This document shows positions 18,201 through 27,441 of a stretch of DNA of 64,000 bases, in pieces; within the stretch, counting starts at the first letter, position 1, and the number at the start of each line of letters is the position of its first letter. Source of the stretch: Isoptericola halotolerans (GTDB taxonomy: Bacteria > Actinomycetota > Actinomycetes > Actinomycetales > Cellulomonadaceae); the NCBI RefSeq assembly GCF_013149785.1, contig NZ_JABEZU010000004.1, forward strand, positions 248,001 through 312,000, given 5' to 3'. The notes beneath the pieces were generated by a model. The model saw only the letters and a list, made by a program, of their open reading frames with translations. It was not told the DNA's origin and made no database searches. The position numbers and the translations under genes were made by a program.

Positions 18201-19218
18201 GGTCGACCTCCAGACCACCGCGATGCACGGTCACCGTGGCCGTGACCGTCTGGCCGGCAGCCTCCCCGTCCACCGTGAAGGTCCCGGTCTGCGCGTACTG
18301 CGCCGGGTCGATCTCGTCCCACACGACCGCGACCGCGCGGTCGTAGCCGTCGGAGTAGCCGGCGCGGACGACGGCGGGCAGGTCGGGCGCGGCGGCGACG
18401 ACGGTCCGCACCTCGAGCTGCTCCGTGGGCAGCGAGTCGAGCGTGGGAACCTCGTCGACGAGCCCGGCGACCTGCTCCCCGCTGAGAGCCGTGCGGTAGA
18501 CCTGGAAGTCGTCGACCGCGCCGTCGAACAGCGGGTCCGGGTAGAACGAGCGGCCGATGTACCCGGCCGACGTCGCCCCACCGGTCAGCAGCTCCCCGGC
18601 CTGGAGGGGGGTGGGGGCGATCGCGACGGCGACGCCGTCGAGGTAGGTGGTGACGCTGCCCGCGGAGGTGTCGAGCGTGGTGGTGATGGTGGCCCACTCA
18701 CCGGTCCGCAGCGCGCCGTACCCGGTGACCTGGGCCTCGCTGCCGCCACCACCGGTGGTCACGGCGGTACGGAGGTTCCCGTCGCCGTTGGACGGCGTGG
18801 TGAACAGGTAGCGGCTGGTGTTGCTCCCGAGGTCGAAGACCCGCTGCCAGGCGCCTCCGCCGTCCCAGCGGACCCGGGCGGAGACGGTCAGATCGCCGGC
18901 GCCCTCGAGCACCTCGCGCGGCAGGGTGACGTACCCGCCGTCCGTCCCGCCGGCGAGGTCGAGCGCCAGGTCGTCAGCCCCGGCCCCCTCGACGATCTCG
19001 GTGCTGCCGGAGATCGTGCCGTCGTGTCCGTTGCCGGAGGTGTCGGGGACGACGCCGTCGGCGACGTCGTCCATCGTGTAGTGCAGGTCGGGTGCCGGGA
19101 CCTCGTCGGCCGCGGCGGGCAGCGCGGTGGCGCCTGCCCCGGCGCCGAGCGCCAGGACGGCGGACAGCGCGACGGCGGTCCGCCGCGGTCTGCCCCGTGA
19201 AGGTGTCGTGCTCGTCAT
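15259..19218 (-). CDS. Secreted multidomain glycoside hydrolase: LamG, Ig-like, GH39-like clan A barrel, CBM35/CBM6-like repeats, two CBM5/12 repeats
   Basis: GASGLLYGL, PFNEPE, PDIISWHEL, INVNEYA; YEAE repeats; AW....YT.GD.V...G..W.A.WW..PG..PWGPW twice. Confidence 0.75.
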   Translation of the reverse strand: MTSTTPSRGRPRRTAVALSAVLALGAGAGATALPAAADEVPAPDLHYTMDDVADGVVPDTSGNGHDGTISGSTEIVEGAGADDLALDLAGGTDGGYVTLPREVLEGAGDLTVSARVRWDGGGAWQRVFDLGSNTSRYLFTTPSNGDGNLRTAVTTGGGGSEAQVTGYGALRTGEWATITTTLDTSAGSVTTYLDGVAVAIAPTPLQAGELLTGGATSAGYIGRSFYPDPLFDGAVDDFQVYRTALSGEQVAGLVDEVPTLDSLPTEQLEVRTVVAAAPDLPAVVRAGYSDGYDRAVAVVWDEIDPAQYAQTGTFTVDGEAAGQTVTATVTVHRGGLEVDLGSDTGEFHGGASGLLYGLYTEGMPTNNLVEGMGVRTIATKAQDGAQHPGSDALEVTRQLADTTGGDVYLRVTDWYRGFPYQWPSPDAPNASPEEKLADYARVLDEQLDMIESLEPEYRDNLVMEPFNEPEGNMFGTGPWSLDGTSWRTDPTDYFAAWDETYRTIKERFPDMRISGPNTSILYNEVRGFMDHAVAEGTVPDIISWHELSHPQNIRNSVERFRDWEAAAFEGTDYEGTELPINVNEYAFNYHTSVPGQMIQWMSAIEDSKVDAMIAFWNINGNLSDSAVQTNRGNGQWWLYNAYSQMTGRTVEVTPPFPGENYTLQGVASLDEDRAVSRTILGGADGAAPVDLVNVPADVFGDDVRVTAREIPWTGQLGDSAPPRTLAEWTTAVDGGTVTLDFDGGDLPLLDESSAYEIVVTPAGVGETTQVAPTLWAGSYEAEDAAHSGSGHSVNGPEGSPADVGKFYTSGGHNVGGLRTGSDVVLDFEVTVPADGTYDLSVFANSLNTHDLVADQGPTNVFLRVDGADEQELFLPLGYKWVVWDHADTTVELTEGTHTISLAAQSLDGTGATQGDALIDRITLSLPDPEAATAVYEAEHATHEGTAAYTAPDGVGADEVSGAGSVALADGEPVTFWVYGEQDAEATLGVDVLGAASGTVTVNGRDVLDLADADEVAVHLAGGVNKVVVTGGADGAVVDRLTVAEGTGALPTTEHQAEDAELAGDAHVVDLSLAEGGQAVAGVGGEPGNDSTLTFQVTADAAGPHAVAVRFSNPEQVDGTHYNPNPVARHADISVNGGDADRVMFVPTLHENNFWERTIVLDLDEGENSIEWRSEEATNWDGETLASEIWPADYLLRADEAPIVDRITVSPLAAVEGSSEEPQAPAWDAAATYTAGDQVSFGGSLWEATWWTRDQEPGSSPWGPWQEIAVTADGTAVWTESRIFTAGDVVEHGGDRFEAQWWTRNQEPGASPWGPWKPTS

Positions 19219-19266
19219 CGAGTGCCTCCTTGGTGTTCGGTCTTCTCTGGGGGTCGCACACGGGCG

Positions 19267-19305
19267 GCGCTCGGTCGACGCCCTGGCCGGGCGCCGACCG
19301 AGCGC
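19267..19305. repeat. Intergenic stem-loop between the two GH39-like genes
   Basis: GCGCTCGGTCG-A-CGCCC...GGGCG-C-CGACCGAGCGC. Confidence 0.7.
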
Positions 19306-19321
19306 ACTTCTCAGGCGTTCG

Positions 19322-22063
19322 TCAGCGACACCTGATGCCCTCGTACGGGTGGGTGGTCACGACGCCATCGGCCAGGACGGTCACCGATCCGGCGTCGAGC
19401 GTGGGAGCGCCCGCCGCGAAGGGCGTCTGCCAGGTCTTGCCGGGCTTCAGCACGTCGCGTGCTCTCGAGTCGCCCAGCAGGCTGACGGTCACGTCGGTGC
19501 GGGTGTCCGAGGCGTTGGTCGTCCGGACCACGACGAACGCCTGGGCGCCGCGGCACTGCGTCGCGACGGCAACGTCCACCGGGCTGGGGTCCACAGGGCC
19601 GGCGTCCACCGGCGTGAGCGTCCAGAACCGGTCGGCGGTCTCCTCGTCGGTCGCCGTGGTCCTGTCGCCGGCGCCGAGCCCGACCGTGATGATGCCGTCC
19701 GCCCCGTTGCCCGAGGAGTCCACCACCGTCGTGCCGCCGTCGGGCTCGTCGAAGGCGTAGGCGACCACGTCACCGTCAGCGGGCTGCCCCGCAGCCAGCT
19801 CGGAGACCTCGGCGGCGGACAGGGCCCGGCTGTGGATCGCGAAGTCGTCCAGGGCGCCGTCGAAGGTCGGGTCGTTGCCGTACTGCGACCTGCCGAGCCA
19901 GTTCCGTCCGTTCGAGGCACCCAGGTCGGCCGGTGAGATCGTGATCTGGTCGTTCGTCACGACGGCCTCGCCATCGATGTACAGCGTGCCGGTGGTCCCC
20001 GAGACGGTGACCGTCACCTGCGTCCACTCGTTCAACGGCAGGTTCTGCCCCGGGTAGTCGAGCCGCTGCTCGCCTCCTGCTCCACCGGTGGTGATGACGA
20101 ACCGCGGCCCGCTCCCGGCGTTCAGGGTGAGGAACATGCTCGACCCCGATCCCGAGCCGATGTCGAAGACCCGCGCCCACGTCGGCAGCGCGGACGGCTT
20201 GACCCAGGTCGAGACCGACCAGTCGCCGTCGAGCCCGTCGACGACGCCGTCCGGCAACGTGACGTAGGAGTTCGTGCCGCACATGTCGAGCGCCGTCCCG
20301 AACCGTCCCGGCTGCCGCGGACCGGCGGGCGTGCAGTTCGACGTCGGGGTCCCGTCCGTCCACTGGACCACGGCTGCACCCGGCTCGGTGCTCATCTGGT
20401 CGACGGCGGCGGTCAGGCCGGTCGCGTAGTTGGCCAGCCGGACGTTGCCCTGGCCGTCGGGGACGAGCTGCCACAGCTGGTCCCCGCTACCGTCCTCCTC
20501 CTGAAGGACGGTAGGTGCGCCGTTGCCGATCGCCCCCGGCTGCGCGCCGAGGAGCAGTCCGCTGGCAGTGTCGATGACGGTGTACAGGCCTGAGCCGGCG
20601 TCACGGATCTCCCACGTGCTGCCCTGGCCGGCCGCGGCCTGGACGGCACCGCCGTCGCCCGAGCCGAGGGGCAGGCCGGAGTGGACGTTGTCCAGGCTGT
20701 ACGTCCCCGCCAGGCTCTCGGCCTCCCCGGCCTCGGACACGACGACGTGGTAGCCGTACGCCGGGTTCATCACGACCGGGACGGTGATCGAACCGTCCTC
20801 GCCGACGGCATACGTCGTCTCCGAGACGGTGATCGGCCCCGCGGTGGGCGTGGTTCGCCCGTAGGACGGCGTGACCTCGAGCTTCACGTTGACGTCCTCA
20901 CCGAGGGCGAGCTGGTCGAGACCGTTGACCTGGATCGAGGTCGGCCCGCTGTTTCCGCCCGCGATGACCCGCACCTCGTCCTTGGCGTCGTTCACCGACG
21001 CCGCGCCGTCCAACGGGCTCTCGTTCGACGGCGGGGTCGTGGTGACCATGTCCCCGACCATGTCGGCGTACCAGGTGTACAGCCAGTAGGCGCCGTTGGG
21101 TGCGCCGCCGCGCTCCACGAGCAGATCGCCCAGGGTTCCGGACTGGTTCCAGAAGGCGAGCTCGGCGCGGTCGATGCCGAATCGCTCGAACTTGGAGATG
21201 TACCCGACGAGCGGTCCGGGCAGTCCCACCTCCTGCGGGGAGGCGTACTCGGCGATGTCGATCGGCAGATCGGGCAGACCCAGCTCGTCGAGCATGGCAC
21301 GCACGGACTCCACGTCGCCCTTGATCTTCGACGACCGGATCAGCTCGTGCCACTCGAGCACGTCGGGGACGGTGTCCGTCTCCTTCGCGAACTCGAGGAA
21401 CTGCCGCATGTCGGTGATGTTGTCGGAGAAGCTCGGCCCCTGGATCGGCACGTCGGGTCCCAGCTCCTCGCGCAAGACGTTGTAGCTGAACTCCCACAGC
21501 TCCTCGAAGGTGCCGTTCTCCTCCAGCCAGGTGTGGTCCGACTCGTTCCACGGGGCATACGCCACGATGTTCGTCGCTCCGGACGCCTCGACGTCGGCCA
21601 CGACGTCTCGGATGACGTCTTCCCAGGCCTTCCGGTCGGCGGTGTTCTCCCAGCTGAACTGGTACGGCCACCCGGGGTAGTAGTCGACGATCCGAACGAC
21701 GATCCCCGCGTCGTGGCGGGCGGCCGTCTCCCACACCTTGAGCGTGTCGCCGGTCGGCTGCTGCCGACCGCCAGGCGGCATCTGGACGAACGTGTTCGGC
21801 TTGATCGGGGCGATGAGGTCGTCGGACGGCACACCCTCGTCGGCGATGCCGTAGAGCGAACCCGTCGCCACGTGGGAGACCTCACGGAACGGCTCGTCGG
21901 CGTCGACGACCAGCGTGGACTCCGGGCCCGGCTCAGCGGCCGCCGTCGTCGTGCTCAGGGCGGCGCCCACGGTGCCGAGGGCTACGGCGCTCGCGGCCGT
22001 CATGGCGGTCAACGCGGTCCGCCGACGCCAGGAAGGCGCCGGTGATCTTCTCGTCAGAGACAT
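19322..22063 (-). CDS. Secreted GH39-like glycoside hydrolase with ricin-B (CBM13), LamG and a Cys-bracketed C-terminal domain
   Basis: ATGSLYG, PWNESD, PDVLEWHEL, IDIAEYA; QxW-like ricin repeats; W.RVFD.G and DDF LamG motifs. Confidence 0.75.
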   Translation of the reverse strand: MSLTRRSPAPSWRRRTALTAMTAASAVALGTVGAALSTTTAAAEPGPESTLVVDADEPFREVSHVATGSLYGIADEGVPSDDLIAPIKPNTFVQMPPGGRQQPTGDTLKVWETAARHDAGIVVRIVDYYPGWPYQFSWENTADRKAWEDVIRDVVADVEASGATNIVAYAPWNESDHTWLEENGTFEELWEFSYNVLREELGPDVPIQGPSFSDNITDMRQFLEFAKETDTVPDVLEWHELIRSSKIKGDVESVRAMLDELGLPDLPIDIAEYASPQEVGLPGPLVGYISKFERFGIDRAELAFWNQSGTLGDLLVERGGAPNGAYWLYTWYADMVGDMVTTTPPSNESPLDGAASVNDAKDEVRVIAGGNSGPTSIQVNGLDQLALGEDVNVKLEVTPSYGRTTPTAGPITVSETTYAVGEDGSITVPVVMNPAYGYHVVVSEAGEAESLAGTYSLDNVHSGLPLGSGDGGAVQAAAGQGSTWEIRDAGSGLYTVIDTASGLLLGAQPGAIGNGAPTVLQEEDGSGDQLWQLVPDGQGNVRLANYATGLTAAVDQMSTEPGAAVVQWTDGTPTSNCTPAGPRQPGRFGTALDMCGTNSYVTLPDGVVDGLDGDWSVSTWVKPSALPTWARVFDIGSGSGSSMFLTLNAGSGPRFVITTGGAGGEQRLDYPGQNLPLNEWTQVTVTVSGTTGTLYIDGEAVVTNDQITISPADLGASNGRNWLGRSQYGNDPTFDGALDDFAIHSRALSAAEVSELAAGQPADGDVVAYAFDEPDGGTTVVDSSGNGADGIITVGLGAGDRTTATDEETADRFWTLTPVDAGPVDPSPVDVAVATQCRGAQAFVVVRTTNASDTRTDVTVSLLGDSRARDVLKPGKTWQTPFAAGAPTLDAGSVTVLADGVVTTHPYEGIRCR

Positions 22064-22190
22064 CTTCGTACTCCTCGTGTGAGGCGGACGGCACGGCGTC
22101 GTGCCCTCCGCAGACGTGATCGTTCGAATGTCGTCGATCTGCCCCCGGGCGTCCGGGGGGCCGTGCCTCCTCCCTCCTCGTCACTCGTCG

Positions 22191-22203
22191 TCGAACCGGT
22201 TCG
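22191..22203. promoter_or_regulatory. LacI-type operator
   Basis: TCGAACCGGTTCG upstream of the 22063 gene. Confidence 0.7.
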
Positions 22204-22249
22204 CCCAGGGGCTGTGTCGAGTCGTCGCCAGGTCTCCTCGGATCCGTGG

Positions 22250-24244
22250 TCAGGTGGTCGGCAGGAACACGCGCATGGTCGACGGGCCGCGCTCGGCCCA
22301 CCGGTGGTACGGCACGAGCGGGACGTCGATCGCGTCCGCCGGACCGCCGTCGGCCGCCGAGCCGGACGGGCCGGAGGTGAACGGCGGCAGCCCCGTGCCG
22401 CCGTCGGGCAGCGCGAGCCTGCGCACCCGCACCAGCGCGCCGTCGTCGTGCGCTCGCGCCCCGGCCGCCGCGTCGAGGCGGACCTCCTCCAGCGCGGCGC
22501 CGGCCGGCAGGTCCACCGACTCCAGGCACAGCACGAGCGGTCCGCGCTCCACGGCCACGGTGCCCCGCGCGGCGTCCACCCGCGGGTCCGGCCAGGTCAG
22601 GCGCGGCGAGACGGGCAGCTCGAGCACGACGACGTCGCCGACCGCGAGCGCCGCCACCTCGGCCCAGCCGGGCTCCACGGGTCGCGGCGCCGCGTCGCCC
22701 GTGCCCGCCGAGCCGGACGACGTCGCGAGCGTCGCGCCGTCGTCGGCCGTGGCACCGGCAGCCCAGTGCGGCACCCGCAGGCGCAGCGTCACGGGCCGGT
22801 CGGGGGTCTCGAGCACGGTGACCCGCACCGTCCCCGCCGCCGGGTAGTCGGTGTCGACCCGCAGCGCGAGCTCACCGTCGGCGACGGCGACCCGCAGGTC
22901 CCCTCTCGCGTACTGGGCGAGCGTGACGACGGACGCGCCGTCGGGGGCCTCCTCGACGAACGCGGCGTAGGTGTGCCACGACGCGAGCGTGCGTGCCACG
23001 TTCGTGGGACAGCAGGAGACGTCGAACCACGGGGCGCGGGCCCCGCCCTCGGCACGCGGGTTCACCGCGTCGGGCTGCATCCGTGCACCCTCCTCGCGCT
23101 GCTGCAGCGGGTTGGCGTAGAAGAACGCCCGGCCGTCGGTGCGCGGCGAGGTCGCGACCACGTTGAACAGGGTGCGTTCGACGAGGTCGGCGTACCGGAC
23201 GTCGTCGGTGGCCAGCAGCAGCCGCCACGACACCATCACCGAGGCGATGCCCGCGCAGGTCTCGCAGTAGGCACGGTCCGGAGGCAGCTCGAAGTCGTCG
23301 CCGAACCCCTCGTCCTGGTGCCGCGAGCCCATGCCCCCGGTGAGGTAGGTGCGCCGCTCCACCGAGCGCGTCCACTGGCGTTCGACGGCGGCGCGCAGCT
23401 CGTCGTCCCCGGTGTCGACGGCGACGTCCACCGCGCCGGCCGCCAGGTACAGCGCGCGGACCGCGTGCCCGCGCCACACGTCCGCCTCGCGGACCGGGAC
23501 GTCGTCCTGGAAGTAGGCCGGGCTCAGCAGCGCGATCGGGGCGAGCGTGCCGTGCCCGCGCCGCTCGACGAACAGCCGGGCCTGCTCGGTGTACCGGGGC
23601 TCGCCGAGCGCCCGGCCCAGCTCCGCGAGACCCACCTCGATCTCGGGGTGGCCGCAGATGCCGGCCCGGCCGTCCGCACCGAACTCCCGGCACACGTGGT
23701 CGGCGGCGCGGCGGGCGACCTCGACGAGCTGGTCCTCGCCGTGGGTGCGCACCCGGGCGACGGCCGCCTGCAGCAGGTGCCCGGTGCAGTACAGCTCGTG
23801 CCCGGTGGACAGGTCGGAGTACCGCGCGCCCTGCCCACCGTGGCCGTAGCAGGTGTTGAGGTAGCCGTCGTCGTCCTGGGCGGCCGCGACGCGCGTCACG
23901 ACCTTCGTCCACAGGGCCTCGGTCGCGGGGTCGGCGGTCCGGCCCAGCTCCCAGGCCGCCGCCTCGAGCAGCTTGTAGACCTCGGAGTCCGAGAACTGCC
24001 AGCCGGGGCGCGGCGTGCCGGGGGTGCCGGCGGTGCCGTCAGCGACCCGGTCGAAGTTGGCGAGCCAGCCGAGCCGCTCCATCCAGTCGAGGCAGTGCGC
24101 GAGGGTCGCGCGGGCGTTCGTCTCCTGGAGCGCGCCCCAGAATCCGCCGTCCAGCCGCAGCTCGCCGATCCCGACGCCGCGCCGGCTGCCGCCGGGGGCG
24201 ACCGGGCGAGCCTGCTCGCCGCTGGTGAGGAGGGTGTTCGTCAC
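22250..24244 (-). CDS. GH127 beta-L-arabinofuranosidase (cytoplasmic)
   Basis: DSEVYKLLEA, HELYC.GHL, GHPE.E, GHAVR, YCETCA, CCPTN; no signal peptide. Confidence 0.88.
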   Translation of the reverse strand: MTNTLLTSGEQARPVAPGGSRRGVGIGELRLDGGFWGALQETNARATLAHCLDWMERLGWLANFDRVADGTAGTPGTPRPGWQFSDSEVYKLLEAAAWELGRTADPATEALWTKVVTRVAAAQDDDGYLNTCYGHGGQGARYSDLSTGHELYCTGHLLQAAVARVRTHGEDQLVEVARRAADHVCREFGADGRAGICGHPEIEVGLAELGRALGEPRYTEQARLFVERRGHGTLAPIALLSPAYFQDDVPVREADVWRGHAVRALYLAAGAVDVAVDTGDDELRAAVERQWTRSVERRTYLTGGMGSRHQDEGFGDDFELPPDRAYCETCAGIASVMVSWRLLLATDDVRYADLVERTLFNVVATSPRTDGRAFFYANPLQQREEGARMQPDAVNPRAEGGARAPWFDVSCCPTNVARTLASWHTYAAFVEEAPDGASVVTLAQYARGDLRVAVADGELALRVDTDYPAAGTVRVTVLETPDRPVTLRLRVPHWAAGATADDGATLATSSGSAGTGDAAPRPVEPGWAEVAALAVGDVVVLELPVSPRLTWPDPRVDAARGTVAVERGPLVLCLESVDLPAGAALEEVRLDAAAGARAHDDGALVRVRRLALPDGGTGLPPFTSGPSGSAADGGPADAIDVPLVPYHRWAERGPSTMRVFLPTT

Positions 24245-24257
24245 GAAGATGTCCTTG

Positions 24258-25076
24258 TCAGTCCTTGACGGCACCGGCGGTCACCCCCGCCGCGACGTAG
24301 CGCTGGGCGACGACGAGCAGGATGGACGCCGGGATCGAGGCGACGACGGCGGTCGCCATGATCGCGTTCCACTGCGTGGTGTTGTTGCCGATGTAGTTGT
24401 AGATGGAGAGCGTGATCGGGATGAGGTCGCCGTTGCGGTTGAGGGTCGAGGCGAAGATGAAGTCCGACCAGGCCCACAGGAACGCGAACAGCGAGACCGT
24501 GAGGATCGAGTTGCGGCTCATCGGCAGGACGATCGCCCGGAAGGTCCGCCAGGCGCCCGCCCCGTCCACCCGGGCGGCCTGCAGCAGCTCGCGCGGGATG
24601 CCGGACATGAACGCGGTGAACAGCAGCACGCCGAACGGCACCGCGATCGTGGAGTCCGCGATGATGAGGCCACCGACGCTGTTGAGCAGCCCGAGGCTGT
24701 TGTAGATGGCGTAGAAGCCCATGGCCATGACGACCGCCGGGATCATCTGCGCCACCAGCAGCAGGAAGTTCAGGGTGCGTCCGCCGCGCAGGTTGAGCAG
24801 CGCCAGCGCATAGCCGGCTGGTGCGGCGATGACGACGGTCAGCACCACGCAGCCCAGCCCGATCAGCAGGCTGGTCCCCAGGGCGGGCAGCTGCTGGGCG
24901 AAGACTGCCTCGTACCCCTCGAACGTGGGGTTCCAGGGGAACCAGTGCGGCGGGGAGGAGCGCAGGTCACGCGTCTCGGTGAACGAGACGTTCACCATCC
25001 AGTAGACGGGGAACAGCATCACGAGGGTGAAGAAGACGCCGAGTGCCGTCTTCCACCAGGCGCGCTGGGTGGTCAT
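24258..25076 (-). CDS. Carbohydrate ABC transporter permease (MalG-like)
   Basis: TM helices; IPRELLQAARVDGA EAA-type loop; GAVKD terminus. Confidence 0.92.
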   Translation of the reverse strand: MTTQRAWWKTALGVFFTLVMLFPVYWMVNVSFTETRDLRSSPPHWFPWNPTFEGYEAVFAQQLPALGTSLLIGLGCVVLTVVIAAPAGYALALLNLRGGRTLNFLLLVAQMIPAVVMAMGFYAIYNSLGLLNSVGGLIIADSTIAVPFGVLLFTAFMSGIPRELLQAARVDGAGAWRTFRAIVLPMSRNSILTVSLFAFLWAWSDFIFASTLNRNGDLIPITLSIYNYIGNNTTQWNAIMATAVVASIPASILLVVAQRYVAAGVTAGAVKD

Positions 25077-26053
25077 GAGGCCTCCTGTCGGCGCTGGAGC
25101 TGCAGGTGCAGGAACCCGAAGACGAGCGCGATGACGATGAGCAGGTTGCCGACCGCGGCCGCGGGCGAGAAGGACGGCATCCCCGTACCGAACGCCTCCC
25201 GGTAGGACCAGATGGCGAGCGTCGTCGAGGCGTCGCCGGGCCCACCGGTGGTCATCACCCAGATGACGTCGACGACCTTGAGCGTGTAGATCAGCCCGAG
25301 CAGGATGGTGATGGCCGAGACGGGCCGCAGCAGCGGGAAGGTGATGCTCCAGAACTGTCGCCAGGGGCCCGCGCCGTCCAGCGAGGACGCCTCGTAGACC
25401 TCGCCGGGGATGTTCTGCAGCCCCGAGTAGAGGATGACGAGGTTGAACGGGATACCGAGCCAGATGTTGGCGATGGTCACCGACAGCAGAGCGGTGTCCG
25501 GCGAGGTGAGCCAGTTGATCTGCTCGCCGCCGAACGCCTGGATCACCGAGTTCACGATGCCGTTGTCGCTGTTGAGCATCCACGCCCAGGTGGAGGCCGA
25601 GACGATGAGCGGCAGCAGCCACGGCACGAGGAACAGGGCACGCAGCACGTTCGACAGCCGGAAGCTCGACCGGAAGAAGACGGCCAGCGCGAGGCCGATC
25701 GCGAACTGGAAGACGATCGAGCCGATGGTGAACAGGGCGGTGTTGACCAGCGCCGTCGTGAACGTCGAGGAGCTGAAGACCTCGGCGTAGTTCTCGAGCC
25801 CGACGAACTCGGCGTCCCCCTGGACGAAGGCGCGGATCGTGTAGTCGTGCAGCGACAGGTCGATGTTGCGCCACAGCGGGTAGGCGTAGAACACCACGAG
25901 GTAGGTCAGGAGCGGTGCGGCGAAGCCCAGGGCCGTCCACTGGCTCGGGTTCAGCGTCCGTCGTCGTCGCCGGCCGTGCGGCACGGCGGGCCGGGTGCCC
26001 GCCGCGCCGCGCGGCTCCTCGCGCGACCCGACGACTGTCGGGGTGCTGCTCAT
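25073..26053 (-). CDS. Carbohydrate ABC transporter permease (MalF-like)
   Basis: FVGLENY, GLQNIP..VYEASSLDGA, ITFPLLRP. Confidence 0.92.
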   Translation of the reverse strand: MSSTPTVVGSREEPRGAAGTRPAVPHGRRRRRTLNPSQWTALGFAAPLLTYLVVFYAYPLWRNIDLSLHDYTIRAFVQGDAEFVGLENYAEVFSSSTFTTALVNTALFTIGSIVFQFAIGLALAVFFRSSFRLSNVLRALFLVPWLLPLIVSASTWAWMLNSDNGIVNSVIQAFGGEQINWLTSPDTALLSVTIANIWLGIPFNLVILYSGLQNIPGEVYEASSLDGAGPWRQFWSITFPLLRPVSAITILLGLIYTLKVVDVIWVMTTGGPGDASTTLAIWSYREAFGTGMPSFSPAAAVGNLLIVIALVFGFLHLQLQRRQEAS

Positions 26054-26078
26054 GGTGCCGTCCTTCGTCGGTGGTGCG

Positions 26079-27359
26079 TCAGCTGCGAGCGGCCTCGGCG
26101 TCGGCCTGCGCGGTCTCCAGGGCCTCGGTCGGCGTGGCAGCGCCGGACAGGGCGTTCTGCACGGCCGTCCACAGGGCCTCGGAGATCTTCGGGTAGTCGG
26201 TGCCGAGGTTGTCGCTGGTGCGGCCCTTGGCGTTCTGCACGGCCTCGACCCACGGCTCGAGGTCGGCGTCCCCAGCGCTCTCGGCGAGCAGCTGCTCCTG
26301 GCCCTCCGCCGTCGGCGGGATGTAGTACGCGAAGGTGTTCGCCGTCTCGACGAAGCCCTCCGGCGTCGTCATGCACTCGACGATCTGGCGGGTGACGTCG
26401 TAGCGCGCGGTGTCGGACTGGACCGGCACCACGATGAACTCGCCGCCCGTCGGGGCCGGCGCGACGCCGCCGTCCTTGCCCGGGAGCTGGACGATGCCGG
26501 TCTCGAACTCGGCCTCCGCGGCGCTGTTGACCTGCCAGGTGCCGTTCTCCGCGAACGCGAAGTCGCCGGTGAGGAACTCCTCCCACACGGTGTTCTGGGA
26601 GTTGTTGATCACGGAGTTGGGGGCGTAGCCCTCGTCGAGCCAGCCCGTCCACAGCTCGAGGGCCTCGACGGCCTCGGGGGAGTCGAGCTGGCTCAGGTCC
26701 GCGCCGGCGCCCCAGAACCACGGCAGGAACTGGAAGGAGCCCTCCTCGGTGCCGATGCCGGCGAAGGTGATGCCGCGGTGGCCCGCGTCGTCGACCTGCG
26801 CGAGCGCGGCGGTCAGGGAGTCCCAGTCGGTGATCGAGGCCGGGTCGACGCCGGCCTCGTCCAGGATCTCGGCGTTGTAGTAGAGCGACAGCGTGTTGGC
26901 TCCGATGGGGATGCCGTACGCGTCGCCCTCGAGGACGCCGGCGTCGAGGAGGTTCGCGTCGATCGCCGAGGTGTCCAGGCCGAACTCGTCCACCGTGGTG
27001 AGCATGCCGGTCTCGGCGAGCGTGGACACTGCGGGGTTGTCGAGCAGGATGACGTCGGGCGAGGTGCCCTCCTGGGCGGCGAGCAGCGCCTGGTTGGTCA
27101 GCGCGGTGGTGTCGTACGCGGTGCGTTCGATCGTCACCCCCGCGTCCTCGCCGCACTGCTGCACGCGGCTCTCCCAGTCGGAGGAGCCCTCGTGCTGGGG
27201 GTACGGGTCCCACCAGGTGTAGGTGCCGCCGGCTGCTTCGCCGGTGGACTCGCCGGTGCCGCCGCCGCCGTCGTCGGACGAGCAGGCGGCGAGGACGCCG
27301 ACGACGGCGAGCGCTGTCGTCGCCGCGAGCGTGGTGCGGGTGCGCCGGGTGGGGATCAT
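26079..27359 (-). CDS. Sugar ABC transporter substrate-binding lipoprotein
   Basis: Lipobox LAAC; YGIP.G.N..LYYN; ENGTW. Confidence 0.92.
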   Translation of the reverse strand: MIPTRRTRTTLAATTALAVVGVLAACSSDDGGGGTGESTGEAAGGTYTWWDPYPQHEGSSDWESRVQQCGEDAGVTIERTAYDTTALTNQALLAAQEGTSPDVILLDNPAVSTLAETGMLTTVDEFGLDTSAIDANLLDAGVLEGDAYGIPIGANTLSLYYNAEILDEAGVDPASITDWDSLTAALAQVDDAGHRGITFAGIGTEEGSFQFLPWFWGAGADLSQLDSPEAVEALELWTGWLDEGYAPNSVINNSQNTVWEEFLTGDFAFAENGTWQVNSAAEAEFETGIVQLPGKDGGVAPAPTGGEFIVVPVQSDTARYDVTRQIVECMTTPEGFVETANTFAYYIPPTAEGQEQLLAESAGDADLEPWVEAVQNAKGRTSDNLGTDYPKISEALWTAVQNALSGAATPTEALETAQADAEAARS

Positions 27360-27386
27360 GTGTTCCTCCTTGAACGGATATGACTG

Positions 27387-27400
27387 TCGAACCGGTTCGA
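27387..27400. promoter_or_regulatory. LacI-type operator (perfect palindrome)
   Basis: TCGAACCGGTTCGA upstream of the substrate-binding protein gene. Confidence 0.78.
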
Positions 27401-27441
27401 AACGTGTCGTGCGAGAAGCACCGACGGGTCGGTGCGCGGAA

